In this document: positions 27,125-41,317 of the stretch, in pieces
How positions within the stretch are numbered: the stretch's first letter is position 1
Layout: each line of letters starts with the position of its first letter
Source: Klebsormidium nitens
Lineage: Eukaryota > Plantae > Klebsormidiophyceae
Length of the DNA: 64,000 bases
Reading direction: 5' to 3'
Assembly (NCBI GenBank): GCA_000708835.1
Contig: DF237305.1
Span: 31,452-95,451 of the forward strand
Translations under genes and position numbers: made by a program
Notes under the pieces: model-generated
What the model was told of the DNA's origin: nothing
Database searches by the model: none
The model's input: only the letters and a program-made list of their open reading frames with translations

Positions 27125-28455
27125 CTAATATCGGCCAGCAAACAAGCCCTCCTCTCTTTGTTCGTTCCACTTTTCAACCTGCAAACAACCTAAAACAAAT
27201 TAGCATGTGGAAAGGACAACAAGACATAACGCAAGCCACTCTTGCTCCTTGAATGACATGTTGAGGGGAGTAACATTGCAGATGCTATGACTCATACTGA
27301 CAACTCTTCTTGCAAGGCCTCACTGCAACTGGATGCACCCATGTTGCAACACGTCCAAGCATGCCCAACCTGCTTTGAAGAACAAACAAGCTCTGCAGAA
27401 CCCCAAGCAAGTGAGCGAAGCGCGTGAGGAGAAAGCTCCAACGGGCAGCTTACCCATTCACCAGGACAGAGAGATCGATAGTATTTAGCATAGATGGTGC
27501 AATCCGAGTTGCCCTCGCCCTTCTCCCCAATGCACCTGGAAAATGAGCATGCGGGTTCATCAAGACAGGAGGACATAACAAGGGGATCAAGGGACAGATA
27601 TTGGAACCTAAGTGCATGGAAGGCACTAGGACGGACGCGGGTCCTTAAAGCACGGCAAATTCTGTACGAGTGTTGAAAAAGAGAAGCAGTCAAGGACAAG
27701 GCTTTCCATCTCTCCTCATCCACTTGTGCAGATTTGGGGGCACCCAGGTTATCACTTACTTGTGATATTCATTGTAGCGGGTGAAGCAATGTTTTGCCTG
27801 GTTCGTCGTTGGAAAACGGTAATCCATGGGCGCAGTCTTGATGTCGTCTAACTGCGATCATCAAACAGGGCGTCACAACTCCTGACTCTTCAAGCTCGTT
27901 GCAACACTGGCAAGCACAGAACAATCAAAGCATGGGCAAACTGCAACTCGTACTAACACACAACTTCCCAGCTACGACAATCAAATGCTCTGAGGATGAA
28001 AAGCGCTGTCCGAACAAGAATAGCAAGAATAGATCAGCACATTTGCCACGTGAACGTGGCATTCCGGAGGATCCAACACCTAGTGGTACTCACAGTGATA
28101 CTCTTCTTTTCTTCCTCCTCCTCCTCCTCCTCAGGCTCCTCTGCCTGCTCAGCTGTGGCCTCCTCTTCCGGTGCATTTGCAGCCTAGCAATTAGCGGGCA
28201 GAATGGCAATAAGCAGATTTGCAAAAAGTTAAATCACAAGCTGCCAGCTAGCGTAGCACATATTTGCGTGCAATCCTTTGTATCCAACTTTCTCTGTGCT
28301 AAGCCATATTCACGCAATCATGTACTCTTCTTAAACCAAACAGATTGCATTTGACGGCCTCTCTGCCAATCAATGCGTTTGCTCACCTCAGATTCTTCAA
28401 CAACATCTGGTGCCTCCGCCTCTGCCTCTTCCATTCGAGCGACCGTGTTCCCCAT
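27125..28455 (-). CDS. COX6B: Cytochrome c oxidase subunit 6b (plant COX6b-1 type with acidic N-terminal extension)
   Basis: Spliced product M(GNTVARM)EEAEAEAPDVVEESE...EEPEEEEEEEKKSIT-LDDIKTAPMDYRFPTTNQAKHCFTRYNEYHK-CIGEKGEGNSDCTIYAKYYRSLCPGEW-VEKWNEQREEGLFAGRY*. Last exon is 27125-27178. Start could be 28455 or 28434. Confidence 0.95.
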
Positions 28456-29098
28456 TATCCTTGAGATGAGGCACACCTCCTGTGAGATGACCAGCAGCGT
28501 TGGCGGTCCCGGTTGCAAATCTGGTTTCTGGCCAAATTTTCTAGTCAATCAGCAAAGCTGCCTATTCAGATGTGTGACATCCGAGGGCAATGTTAACGTA
28601 CCGTGGCAAGGAAGAGGAGGAGCTCAGACTGCTGTGCTCCTGGCCTCCAACCTGAGGACTGGCAGTGGGGTGGGGGCCGGCTTGAAGTTGAAGAACCAGC
28701 ACTGGCAGCAGACGACCACCATTTCTTTGCAAATGTCGCCTTTGTCAGATGAAACTAGATATGCGCACAATTGACCAAGCAAGCTCTCAAGAGTTCCATT
28801 GGCTGGCAGACACCCTCCAAACTTGAGACTGAGCTCGATTTGGGTCAATCGAACGGCTCACAGTTGTCTGGGCATTGAGTCCTGAATGACATGGTCCAAT
28901 GCTGATACCAATTGAAATGTACAATTTCAATGTACTGTCAGTAATTCTAATAGCGCTAGCCTCATCCTTCATGTACGGTAGTACCGTAGGCAGTACCAAC
29001 ATTCCTACAGCTAGCTTACAATGTACTGTACATTCCTCCTGCATTGCACGAGTTTGCACCATTTTGGAAGTTGGGCCAGCATTCTGGCAGTGGCAGCC

Positions 29099-32000
29099 AT
29101 GGTGGCCGCCACCTGTGCGAGGCTGCAGCCAGCTATTCTGCGCGGCTTTGAAAGTACAAAGCTCTCTCCTGTGAATGGTGAGGCTGCGGTTAGTCAGGCA
29201 TATGCATATGCATATTCTGGTTGCGATACAGAGGAACAGTAGCTGCCATTGAGCAATACCCACTTTCCATATGGTGCACCTGACAGCTCACTTTCTGGTG
29301 GTCTGATATCCAACGCGGTTTCAAAACTCAGCAATGCTGCGCAGAAGTGCTGGCGCATCTTCCTCGCTTGAAGAACTGAGTATGATTGGAAGTACTGCAC
29401 TAACGCTTTGACGCCAACTCGCTTATAGGTGGCCCCGGCCAGCGGCAGGCACTCGCTGTGCCCCGCAGGTCAAGGAACTCGTGGTCCAGACTGCATTCCA
29501 GATGCATCCGTGCAGCCAAGGCTGTTGTAGAACCTGGGCCAACGGCTGACTGCAGTGACCAACAAAGATGGACTTCCAACCGCTTCGGCCCCTCACGCAG
29601 GGAGCTTCTGGTCGCCACCACGGGAGGGCTGATTGGACTTCAAACAAATGGTTGGAACTTGCCCCTCTGATGGTTGCTGGGCGCACCTCTTGATATGATC
29701 ACTCCTGCTTAAGTGGGGGCCATTGCCCTGATGCTGAAAGAGATCATCGAAGAAAATGGAGTTTTTGAGGGGCATGCCCTATGTCGTTGCTGACATATGT
29801 CCCACTCCGTCGATTGGTGCAGTTGCTGAAGCCCAACCAAAGTCGCTGTATGGATTCACCGTCAAGTACAAGGAGGAGGACCTTTCGTTGGGGAAATACA
29901 AGAACATGGTACGAAGAACAACGAGCTTTTCAGAGATTCGTCAAGGACACTTTCTTGACCGGACACCCCATGTGTTATGAAATCTCAACCTTTGCCTGAA
30001 AGATGTGGGAGTTCCAAAAGAGAGGCTGCGACTGTATTCTTTCCTCTTGTTCAGGCCCGCTACTTACAGCGCCTTGTCCTTGTCTGTGCAGGTTTCGGTC
30101 GTTCTCAACATAGCATCTGCGTGACCCCTGCAAAACGTGAACTATCCGGGTAGGCCATGCCTGGAAAGCAGGGGTACTGTGGCTGCGCACTTCTTGTATT
30201 TGTATGTTAAACCTGGAAGTCTGGTTCACACAGAAGCTTGTGATGCTTCTTTTTTGTAGACTTGGAATGAACTTTCCACCAGGGGACGTCGCGTGGCTTA
30301 GTTTGAGGTAACCACAGGTTCTCAGCCAATGTTTCTCCTTGCCAGGTCTTCGCTACTTGTTCAACAAGTACAAAGATCAGGTATGGAAACCCAACACAAC
30401 ATGCAACTTGAGTTCAGAGTATTCATGGCCATTCAAAATTCACCAGCTTCTTGGTGGATGGGTGTCACAAGAGGGGCAGGGGCGTTCTCAAGCAGCCGAA
30501 CGTATCCCAAGACTCGTAACTTGTCATTGTCTTTGGACCCTCATTCAGCGTGTTTGGTCAATCTAGTAAACAGGGACGAGTGGTGCCGTTTGTTAGGCCC
30601 TTGCACGGCCTGTTTTATATCTATACCATTTTTAAGCAGTGGTGCATCGGCCTGCAGGGGTTCGCGCTTCTTGCTTTCCCATGCAATCAGGTACGATCGA
30701 ACACCTGTATTGTCTTTTAGTGACGAACAGATCCGTTGGCACTAAAAGGAGGTTCTGGCATTTGAATCAGCATAAGACTCTGTTCCCAAAACTTTTTGAA
30801 GGGCGAGGTTGGCTTTTATTCAGCTTCTTCGATAAGAAAAGGGCTGGTAGTTCTCCAGAAAGCTACCTCGAAGCATTTGAACCGGGTCCTGGGCCGTCGA
30901 GCTTACTTCGTCTCAGCCTACTGACCGCCCTCGATCTCTATGTCCGTCAGTTCGGAGGCCAGGCTCCAGGCAGCAGCGACGAAGAACGGGATTACGCATA
31001 CTACAAGTTCGGCTTTGAGGTGAGCATCTATTCGCTTCCAGCACCTTCTCTAACATCTTGTAACACGAGTGCTGTGACGCAAGGACTGAACTGCTCAGGT
31101 CCTGGATAGCAAACAACATCAATCGAATATTTGGAACACCGCTGAAAATATTTGCGGATACTTCTGCTCATTCTGCTCGAACTCCGCCTGACCCCGTATC
31201 CTTTCTTCCGCTCATGACAGTTCCCCGTCTTCGACAAGGTGAGCCTGGTTGCCGAAGTTGTTGATGCTGCTCATCCACGGCCTCGGTATGGCCCATACGG
31301 GTGGGTCTTGCACGAGCGCGCCGCATGTTCGCTGCGATTTCAGCGCCCTCGTGGTGCGAAGGCAACCATGCTGCCCGTAGATTGTTAGGATGTGCTGAGG
31401 TTGTCGCTCTGCCATATGCGCTCGATTTCGGATGGTAGCTGCTGGAGGGGCGATCATGCGTCCGCTGTCGCCTCTGGGGCAGATCGACGTAAAGGGTCCT
31501 GCGATGTCACCTGTGTACGACTTCCTCAAGTCGAAGCAGCCGGGCGAGATTGAATGGAACTACGTCAAGGTGGGTGCTATTGTGGACGTTGGTCGCAGAT
31601 AAGATGTACCGAGTGCCTGTCTCATGTGAGGCATAATACCCACAAGTTGACGCCTTGCTTGCTGGTGTAAGGAAAGGACAGCCGGCCGTTCGGGTTCGTC
31701 GGGCTGAAATTGTAGGAAGCGAAGGAGCAAGGCCATAAGAAGCGTCTGGGCTTTTCCCTTATTGGATATGACTACAAGGCCTTTTCTTATGCTCGTTCAG
31801 TTGTGCTCTTTCTGACTCGCACCACATGACAAGTTTACAGTTCCGCGACTCTTGTTCGAGCTGTCGCAACCTTCGGAAGCGAAGCCTTGGGCCCTTTTTG
31901 AGGTTGGTCGCACGGACATGGATCGATGCAAAAGTTGCCTTTGCGAGCGAGGACATTGAGAACTAAATCACGATCAGAGGTGATCTACTTCGTCCCGCTA

Positions 32001-32710
32001 GGTTGGAAGAGAAGCGTATAAAGTCCGACCGCAAACGAATCTGCGAACCAGTTCTCGTTTCATCGTCGTTTTACCCTGGCACGTCAAGCGAACGGAGTGT
32101 ACTTTTCTGGTGCAGTTCTTGGTGGACCGCAACGGCGTCCCGGTGCGGCGGTACAAGCCCGGCTTCGATCCCGTGGTGAGGCCCAGCCCGGAGCATGGTA
32201 TCGGCACGCAGATCCGTCCCGTGACCCTGCACTTGCTGTCCGCCCAAGCTTCCCGTCTGTCTTCACTTGACGCACATGGGAATCGTTCAGTTGTGCTGTG
32301 CCGGATCAGAGGCGGATACCATCACGATATGGATCTGCACGATGATGCCAAGCCGCTTGTCTTGAAGTAACACCGCCGCCAAATTCTCTCCTGTTCAGAA
32401 TTTCGAAGAAGATCTGGTGGCGACGCTGGCGGGAAGGTGAGCGACAGACCAGTTAGCGCTTTAGCGGATCAGGCGCGAAATGCCAACTTCAAGAGGATCA
32501 AAAGGGTTGCCAGCTGCGGCCACGTCAGCCAAATCCTTTTTGCATTGCAAGTTCCCGCACTGTTTACCGCAAAGAGGTGTAGTAATTCTGTACCAGCATG
32601 CACGTCTCAAGCCATTTCGAAGAGGTCCTTTCTGTCGTCGGCCTGAGAGGAGGTCACGTTGTCGCAGGCCCCTCCCTCCAAAGCAGCGAGTGTACCTTGG
32701 CGCGCCATAA
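29099..32710 (+). CDS. GPX: Glutathione peroxidase with in-frame UGA (selenocysteine) at the catalytic site, 12 exons, 275 aa
   Basis: Exons 29099-29177, 29429-29650, 29823-29908, 30092-30149, 30346-30380, 30658-30690, 30951-31019, 31221-31238, 31483-31569, 32116-32175, 32399-32436 and 32668-32710 (828 nt, phases consistent). Product includes KSLYGFTVK...[18 protein letters not shown][TGA 30122-30124][38 protein letters not shown]...FPVFDKIDVKG...EIEWNYVKFLVDRNGVPVRRYKP. The first two exons are less certain than the core. Confidence 0.93.
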
Positions 32711-32776
32711 GCCGGTACATGGACGCATGTTGAAGCATCGGTCGGCCTTCTGTGCTATCTCCAAAGGCTCTGTTCA

Positions 32777-32845
32777 GTCTGCATTCCCATGACGGCGGCA
32801 CTCAGCAACCCGGCAGGGAGGAGTACCACTCGACAAAGATGAGAC
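32777..32845 (+). promoter_or_regulatory. Candidate type II SECIS element in the GPX 3' UTR
   Basis: Helix I gtct(g)cat / atgagac. Core ATGAC (32789-32793) opposite CGAC (32831-32834). Helix II ggcggcactc / gagtaccact (8 of 10 pairs, two C-A mismatches). Unpaired AA at 32807-32808, 13 nt after the core. Apical mini-helix CCC-GGCA-GGG. Folded by eye only. Confidence 0.75.
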
Positions 32846-33718
32846 AGGCCAAGCACTGCCTTAGTTGCGGACGACGCATAGCATTTGGAGAGAAGCAGAG
32901 GTTGGTCGTCTGTTTGGGTGCGACACAACAGCGTGCATTTGCGTTGGCCTGCGTTTCATATTACATCATCAATTGATTGCATTTTGTTCCAAGAACATGC
33001 TCCAATTTTCGATTGGCAGCAAGACTGAGAGCCCTAATTGTTTAGTGGGGCAGCAGTGTGACTCAGTTTTTGGTTGTAACGCGATTGAATATCCATACTG
33101 ACAACTTTGGGAGCGGATCGCATATGCTGAACATTCTAGGGACCCCGCTGCCTACCTTAGTTCCGTCAAAATCTGCATTGACAGTGACATGTGTGAATCT
33201 GGAGAGTCGCAGCTTAAAATTGTCAGGAAGCGACGGTTCATGGCATGCAAAATGCAGCGATTGCGGGCACACGGTTTGTATGGCACATTTGAAGTTGGAA
33301 TTCTGCATGCCCATCGGAAAATGGATTCCATGCATTAGTTCGAAGCTATCTAGTGGTAGAATGCACACAGCATACTCACTTGAGCGACATGTGGATATGT
33401 TGCAGTCATTGGACCGGGTTGACTGAACGTGGGCATGTGCATCGGGTTCTCAAAAATCAATGATACAAAGAGAGTCGTAGCCTTCAGCCTGCAGGAGCAC
33501 GTCGACATCCTGATCTCTGGATGCGACTTGAGATGCAGTGGCATCCTGCATCAACACAATATGAGAAAGACACCCTGCCACGCTGTATAATGTCAAACTT
33601 ACAAATTCCGAACCCCTGATCGCCCAGCTATAATTCCCGCCTTCTATCTGGCCGACTACCGACTACACATTCATCAAATCACCTCTAGACCGGGTCAGGG
33701 CCGAGGGGTCCTTGCCCA

Positions 33719-36700
33719 TCACCTTCTCTGTCTGGGCTTGTATCTAAACTCTGCTAGCAGAGCAATGTGATCCGACGACCATTCGGGGCTGGGCAGGCCC
33801 GTGTCTTTCCGGAGGTCCTCCTCGTTCAGCAGCTCCAGCAGAGCCTCCGGCTGCAGCGAGTCCGCTGCACACGCAACAGCAACGCGCTCAGCATCCGCTG
33901 TGTTTGCATAACAGCTGCTCATCAGATGCCAGATCAACAGTTGCCACGACAAGAACAACAGGCTCTTCGAGCATCCGTGCCAGATAGTCGCTCATCAAGG
34001 GAAAGCTTTCCGCAAGAGTGAGAGTCACGATAACGACTCTCAGTCGAAGGCCGGTGTGTCGAGCTAAGCACTAGCCCACTCTGATTGCCCACTTAATGTG
34101 CGACAAGTGGCGGCCTTGGCCGGTGTGCCTTGCACACTCACCTGTATAGAAGATGTAATCAAGTGTCCCCAGGAAGTCTCTCGTGCAATTGGTGAAGAGG
34201 GGCTCCTGTGTAGCAGGGTCGATCTTCCGCCGGAGGGCCTCGCCGTTTGGCCCCGGGACACGCGCGAAAGCTCCGTACGCGCTCACCTGCGACGACAATG
34301 GTCTGCTCAAAGCAACGCCCTGCCACAACGTAATGCTGTGCAGCAACAGGCCTCCCAGCACCGTGCTTAGCTTCAAAGCATCATCAAAAACGATCCGTCC
34401 AGCATCTACGGTTTACACTCTTCTCCACCTACTACGCAAACGAAGCTGCAAAGTCTGATTATGCATATTCTAAAATGGTGGCGTGCCATTATCGCCATGC
34501 TCACCAGCGGCAGCTGGTGCTGCAGCTTGGTAGCCGGCCGTAGGATGCCCAGCGGGTCCGTGGCCAGCTCCGGGTGGGCGGGATCCACGCGGCCCGTCGC
34601 CAGCAACGAATGCGGGCAGCTGCACACAAATATGACAGCAATGGCATCAGTAACGCAATTTATGTAGCGGTGCTGCACTGGTATTAACAGCCGTTGTCGG
34701 TGAACGGAAGGGAGCTAGCCCCGTCCGTGTAGCCCGCGTCTTGCAAGCAGACTCCAGACTGGACGTCACCAAGTCCTCGGTTTTGACCAAGGAACAGGTT
34801 GCCCTTCCAGACTTGACAACCGCATGACCCCAAGTCGGTTACAATGTAAGAAGGACCCCAGGACCCCAACGATTTCACCCAGACCCAGAGAAAAGCTTGG
34901 CCTTCCAGCAAGCCGACCACGACAACTTCCCAAGGCCGTCCCCTCTGACTGACAAGATGAAAGACGTCCAGCCAGGAAATGAAACGGCAGCAATTGCAAG
35001 TGGTGTCGGCCACTGACCTTCCGGGGACGCTGTTGAAGTCCCCTGCGACTAGCATGGGAATGTCGGCGCTGGCCGCGATCTTCTCGAGGCCCTTGAGCAG
35101 CGTGTGCACCTGCCACAGCTTCACGTCCTTCAACTCCGGGTTGGCGTGGATGTGCGTGTTGGCCTGCAACACAACCACCACCTCTCGCCAGTGAGCCCCC
35201 ATCAATATCAGACATCCAAAGACCCAAAACGTGGATAAGCTACCCAAGAAACTGCTTTAGAAAGCAATCTAGCTCAGTAGAGTCGGCTCAGCTGGCCAGG
35301 GAAGCAGGCCAAAACCAGTCCGCCGAATGTGTTATGCCGTTCAGATCTTGGAGCTTTGACATGGCGAGCAACCAGGCATCCACAGTGCAGCATCTGGCGG
35401 CGCAGTCCTGTAGCAAGGCGGGAGGGAGTGCTGCGCTGCTGACCACGCAGAGGAGCTGCCTCTTGCTCTGCCCGGGCAGGGGCCCGTCTGCGCCCTCGTG
35501 CTCCTTGGCCTCCAGCACCACGATGAGCGCCACGTTGTCCTTGAGCAGGCGGTTGAGGGCCGCCTTCTTGGACGCGGCGGGGCCCAGCGCCTCGCTCAGG
35601 GACAGCGCGGCCTTGTTGAACTCGACCTCGTACTTCTTGACTAGCGAGAAGCGCGACTCCTTGAAGAACGTGGCACACCCGTCGATGGCGTATGACGACC
35701 CCGTGTACACCTGTAAGTTAGCAGGTGGTTTTGTTGGTTTAAGAGGAACATGGAAGGGGATTGGACACTACACGGTGGGATCAGGGGAACTTGCTTGGCG
35801 GCATCACGATTGACCGCCTAGGCCCAATGAAGACGAACGCCGAGGGCGTCAAGCATGCCAAAGTTCAGGAGCAGGGGGAACTGTCACCAAGCCATGTGTG
35901 CATAGAAGTGAGGGCGGTGGAGGGGGATGGTAAGGTTGGATTGCTGACCTGGCTCACCTCGCCGGTCTTCTTCTTGTACACGGCCGCATACCCGTGCTTC
36001 TTGAGCTCCGGAGCAAAAAACTCCTCGTAGTGATCGCTCTGGACCTGCAGCACAAGACAGGCCCTGCCTTGGTCAGGGACTAGCAAGCGCTGGGCAGCAC
36101 GAGGCAGGGAACCCTAAATTGCGTCAACCTCCCCCCAACTCTGACAGACAATAGCGTGTGCTCCAAATTCTCTTAGAAAGCTGAGGGGGCGTCCATTGTG
36201 TGGTTTGCATTGGTGCATTTGAGGTGCTGCCTGACGGCTCACCTCCTGCAGGCAGAGGATGTCCGCCCGGTAGCCCACCAGCTCCTTGAGCAGGTTCTGC
36301 TTACGGTACGCCCACGAGAGGGCCCACGGCGGGCAGTAGCTGTACATCTCGTTGGTGGCGTACAGGTCCGCCAGCACATTGTACGACACCACCGTGAAAG
36401 TCCCCGGCTTTATCAATCGCTCCCCGATCTCGGACGTGCCCTCCCCAAAGATGGACACCATCCTGCGCGGGGTGGGCGAGGGCGCGGGGATCACGCGCGA
36501 GGTGAGCAGCGTGGAGGGCGCCGCCACCGGCTGGCGCGTCTTGGCGTCCATGGGCGTGCACTCCAGCTTCAGAATGTGGCCCACGTCGTCCGAGCTCGGC
36601 GTGTAGCTCTTGCCCTGCCCCACCTCATACNNNNNNNNNNNNNNNNNNNNNNNNNNNNNNNNNNNNNNNNNNNNNNNNNNNNNNNNNNNNNNNNNNNNNN

Positions 36701-37648
36701 NNNNNNNNNNNNNNNNNNNNNNNNNNNNNNNNNNNNNNNNNNNNNNNNNNNNNNNNNNNNNNNNNNNNNNNNNNNNNNNNNNNNNNNNNNNNNNNNNNNN
36801 NNNNNNNNNNNNNNNNNNNNNNNNNNNNNNNNNNNNNNNNNNNNNNNNNNNNNNNNNNNNNNNNNNNNNNNNNNNNNNNNNNNNNNNNNNNNNNNNNNNN
36901 NNNNNNNNNNNNNNNNNNNNNNNNNNNNNNNNNNNNNNNNNNNNNNNNNNNNNNNNNNNNNNNNNNNNNNNNNNNNNNNNNNNNNNNNNNNNNNNNNNNN
37001 NNNNNNNNNNNGGGGCCGGATACGCGGCCCCGTTTGGCAGCCCTATGATGCTGCGCCGCGTGGCGTGGCTGCTCCCAGGAGGCCCCGTGCCAAAGAGCTC
37101 CTCCTCCTCTGGTGCGGTGTTGTTGCCATTCTGGTCCTTGGCGGGCGCGGCGGCCGCGCGTGCATGCAGCTCCTTGTGATTGCGCCACGCGGCGGCAAAG
37201 CACTGGGGGCTGCAGTGGTAGCTCTTGGCAGCCGGCAGCTTGGCCTTCACGCACAGCAGGCACTGCAGCGTGGCCACCTCGCTTGGGTGGACGCTGCACA
37301 CAGCCACCCGCTTCTCGTTCTTAACCCGTAGCCTGCAGGAATGGGAGTAGTTGAAGTTAGCGTCCCCTGCCCTTGAGCGATGTAAAATGCAACTCCAGCT
37401 GGCAGCATGTAATGAGGGTTCGCTGCGAACCAGTGCCTGAACAAAGCTCTGCAAAGATGAACATTTTCCAGACCGAGTCCTTGTTCTTACCATTTGCACT
37501 GAAGGTAGTAGCCTTGCACGGGCGCGCCCTCTGGAATGTCATCGGTAGTGATGCTGTTGTCTGGCTTGCGCAGAAGCACGTACGGGGTCAATTCACAGCC
37601 CGCGATCGGAATGTCCGAAGGCAAGTGTGTTCTCAGAACGGACAGCAT
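33719..37648 (-). CDS. CCR4: Carbon catabolite repressor 4 homolog (plant CCR4a/b-type EEP deadenylase of the CCR4-NOT complex)
   Basis: Starts MLSVLRTHLPSDIPIAGCELTPYVLLRKPD. Includes CSVHPSEVATLQCLLC...SYHCSPQCF, FTVVSYNVLADLYA, ADILCLQEVQSDHYEEFF, IDGCATFF, NTHIHANPELKDVKLWQVHTLLKGLEKIAASADIPMLVAGDFNSVPG, FTNCTRDFLGTLDYIFYT and LPSPEWSSDHIALLAEFR, then a stop at 33719-33721. Confidence 0.96.
36631..37011. other. Assembly gap (N run) inside CCR4
   Basis: 381 consecutive N. Confidence 0.99.
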
Positions 37649-38525
37649 CTCTTTTGCGCAGGATACCTACCCTACCAGCGGTGTTCCTCAAGGCCCCAGC
37701 GTTTGGGGAGCTGCTCAGGATGCCAAACCCCATCACCCTGCGGCTAACAGGTCGAAGCTCATCCCTGATCCTAACTCAAACTACATGAAACTGGGGAGGC
37801 CCACATACTCTCGACACAGCAACCTGTGGTAAAACTTTGAGATTCGTGCCCCGCCCAAATCGTGCCAGGGATTGGCTCTAATCGTGCCCCAGCGGCAGTT
37901 AGCGGTTTTCCAGCATCAACTGTCGCCGTGATCGCCCATACCTTATTGTGCTGCGTAGACTGCACTTGCAGTGTTCTTGCTCCGTAGCTGCGATCCGTGC
38001 CCCTAGCTGCAACCCCCAAAACCTCAGAGTCGAGTCCCAGATTGCGCTGGTGCCATTTTCAGCTTTTCTACCCCTGTTGATGTTCTTCAGAGAGCACACA
38101 AATCGAGCTGGAGAAATCGGGGCTGTCACGGCTAGAGGCTTGTTCTATTATGGGAGCTTGTTCTAAACAAAATGCTCTCTTTTTTCTTGCCCGGGACGCT
38201 GGTGATGTTCAGGCCGGAACAGACTTTGTGGTCTGAACCTGGATGGGACAAACGACCGAAGCCCCTACTCGGGAGCATCAACCGGTGAGAGGCTGTCACT
38301 TCGAAGCGTACAAGAAACGGTCCCGAGCCACCTAGTATGCAAGCTTGCCATGGCTTCCAATTGCTTCCTCCCTCCACAACTTCAACACCGACTCGAGCCA
38401 TAAGCAGATTCCAGAATTGTCACTGATCTGGACGTTCCGTTCATCAGGACGCCAGCAAAGAAAGCGGGTCATCAGAGAACATCAGAGAAACTCTTCGTGC
38501 TCAGTGCGAGCCAAAGGCAATTGCA

Positions 38526-40791
<2,266 letters not shown>

Positions 40792-41295
40792 AGAGACATC
40801 AAGCAAGCGCATGCATATACTGAATGGGTCTGGCAGTACAAGCTTCTCTGAGATTGACTTCCTGACTTACTCAACTCCATGAGAAACATGCATGTGGGTC
40901 TCAGGCAATGAAGCAGTATGAGTGCGTCCCGTTGCACTTTAACAAGTGCACCCTGAGTGGACAGATGCTCAATCCAGGCATGGCTATGCATCTGATAGCT
41001 ATAATTTTCGCTTCCAGCAAGAGAAGGTCATCTTCCCCTCTTTGCCGGCCCGCAGATTGCATGACGGTCACTACCTTAGTCTGCGGCTGTGTTACCGGAA
41101 CGGTGCGCATGCGTGCAGCTGCATGGTTCCAGAGCTCTAGCCAGATCTATACCTAGCTCGTACTAATTTATTTCTATAGTACGGCACATGGCGTAATTAA
41201 GTACATAAGAAGTAGAATGTTAATATACTTTTGTGTCAATTGAAGCCTGATCATGACGATCTCACATGCAATATAGCCTAGATCTGCTATATTAT

Positions 41296-41317
41296 GACGA
41301 AAGCTCGAGCTTTCGTC
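41296..41317. repeat. Perfect 22-bp palindrome in the RPT3/kinesin-5 convergent spacer
   Basis: gacgaaagctc|gagctttcgtc. Confidence 0.9.

Noticed and set aside
30120-30126. GPX TGA as a premature stop (pseudogene) or as part of an intron starting at GC|GTGACC
   Set aside because: Splicing there would delete the catalytic residue. The frame aligns without gaps through the UGA, all downstream exons are intact, and a SECIS candidate is present.
36114-37499. Long ORFs (461, 377, 224 and 189 aa) spanning 36114-37499
   Set aside because: Their lengths are inflated by the 381-N gap; the real content is CCR4 exons.
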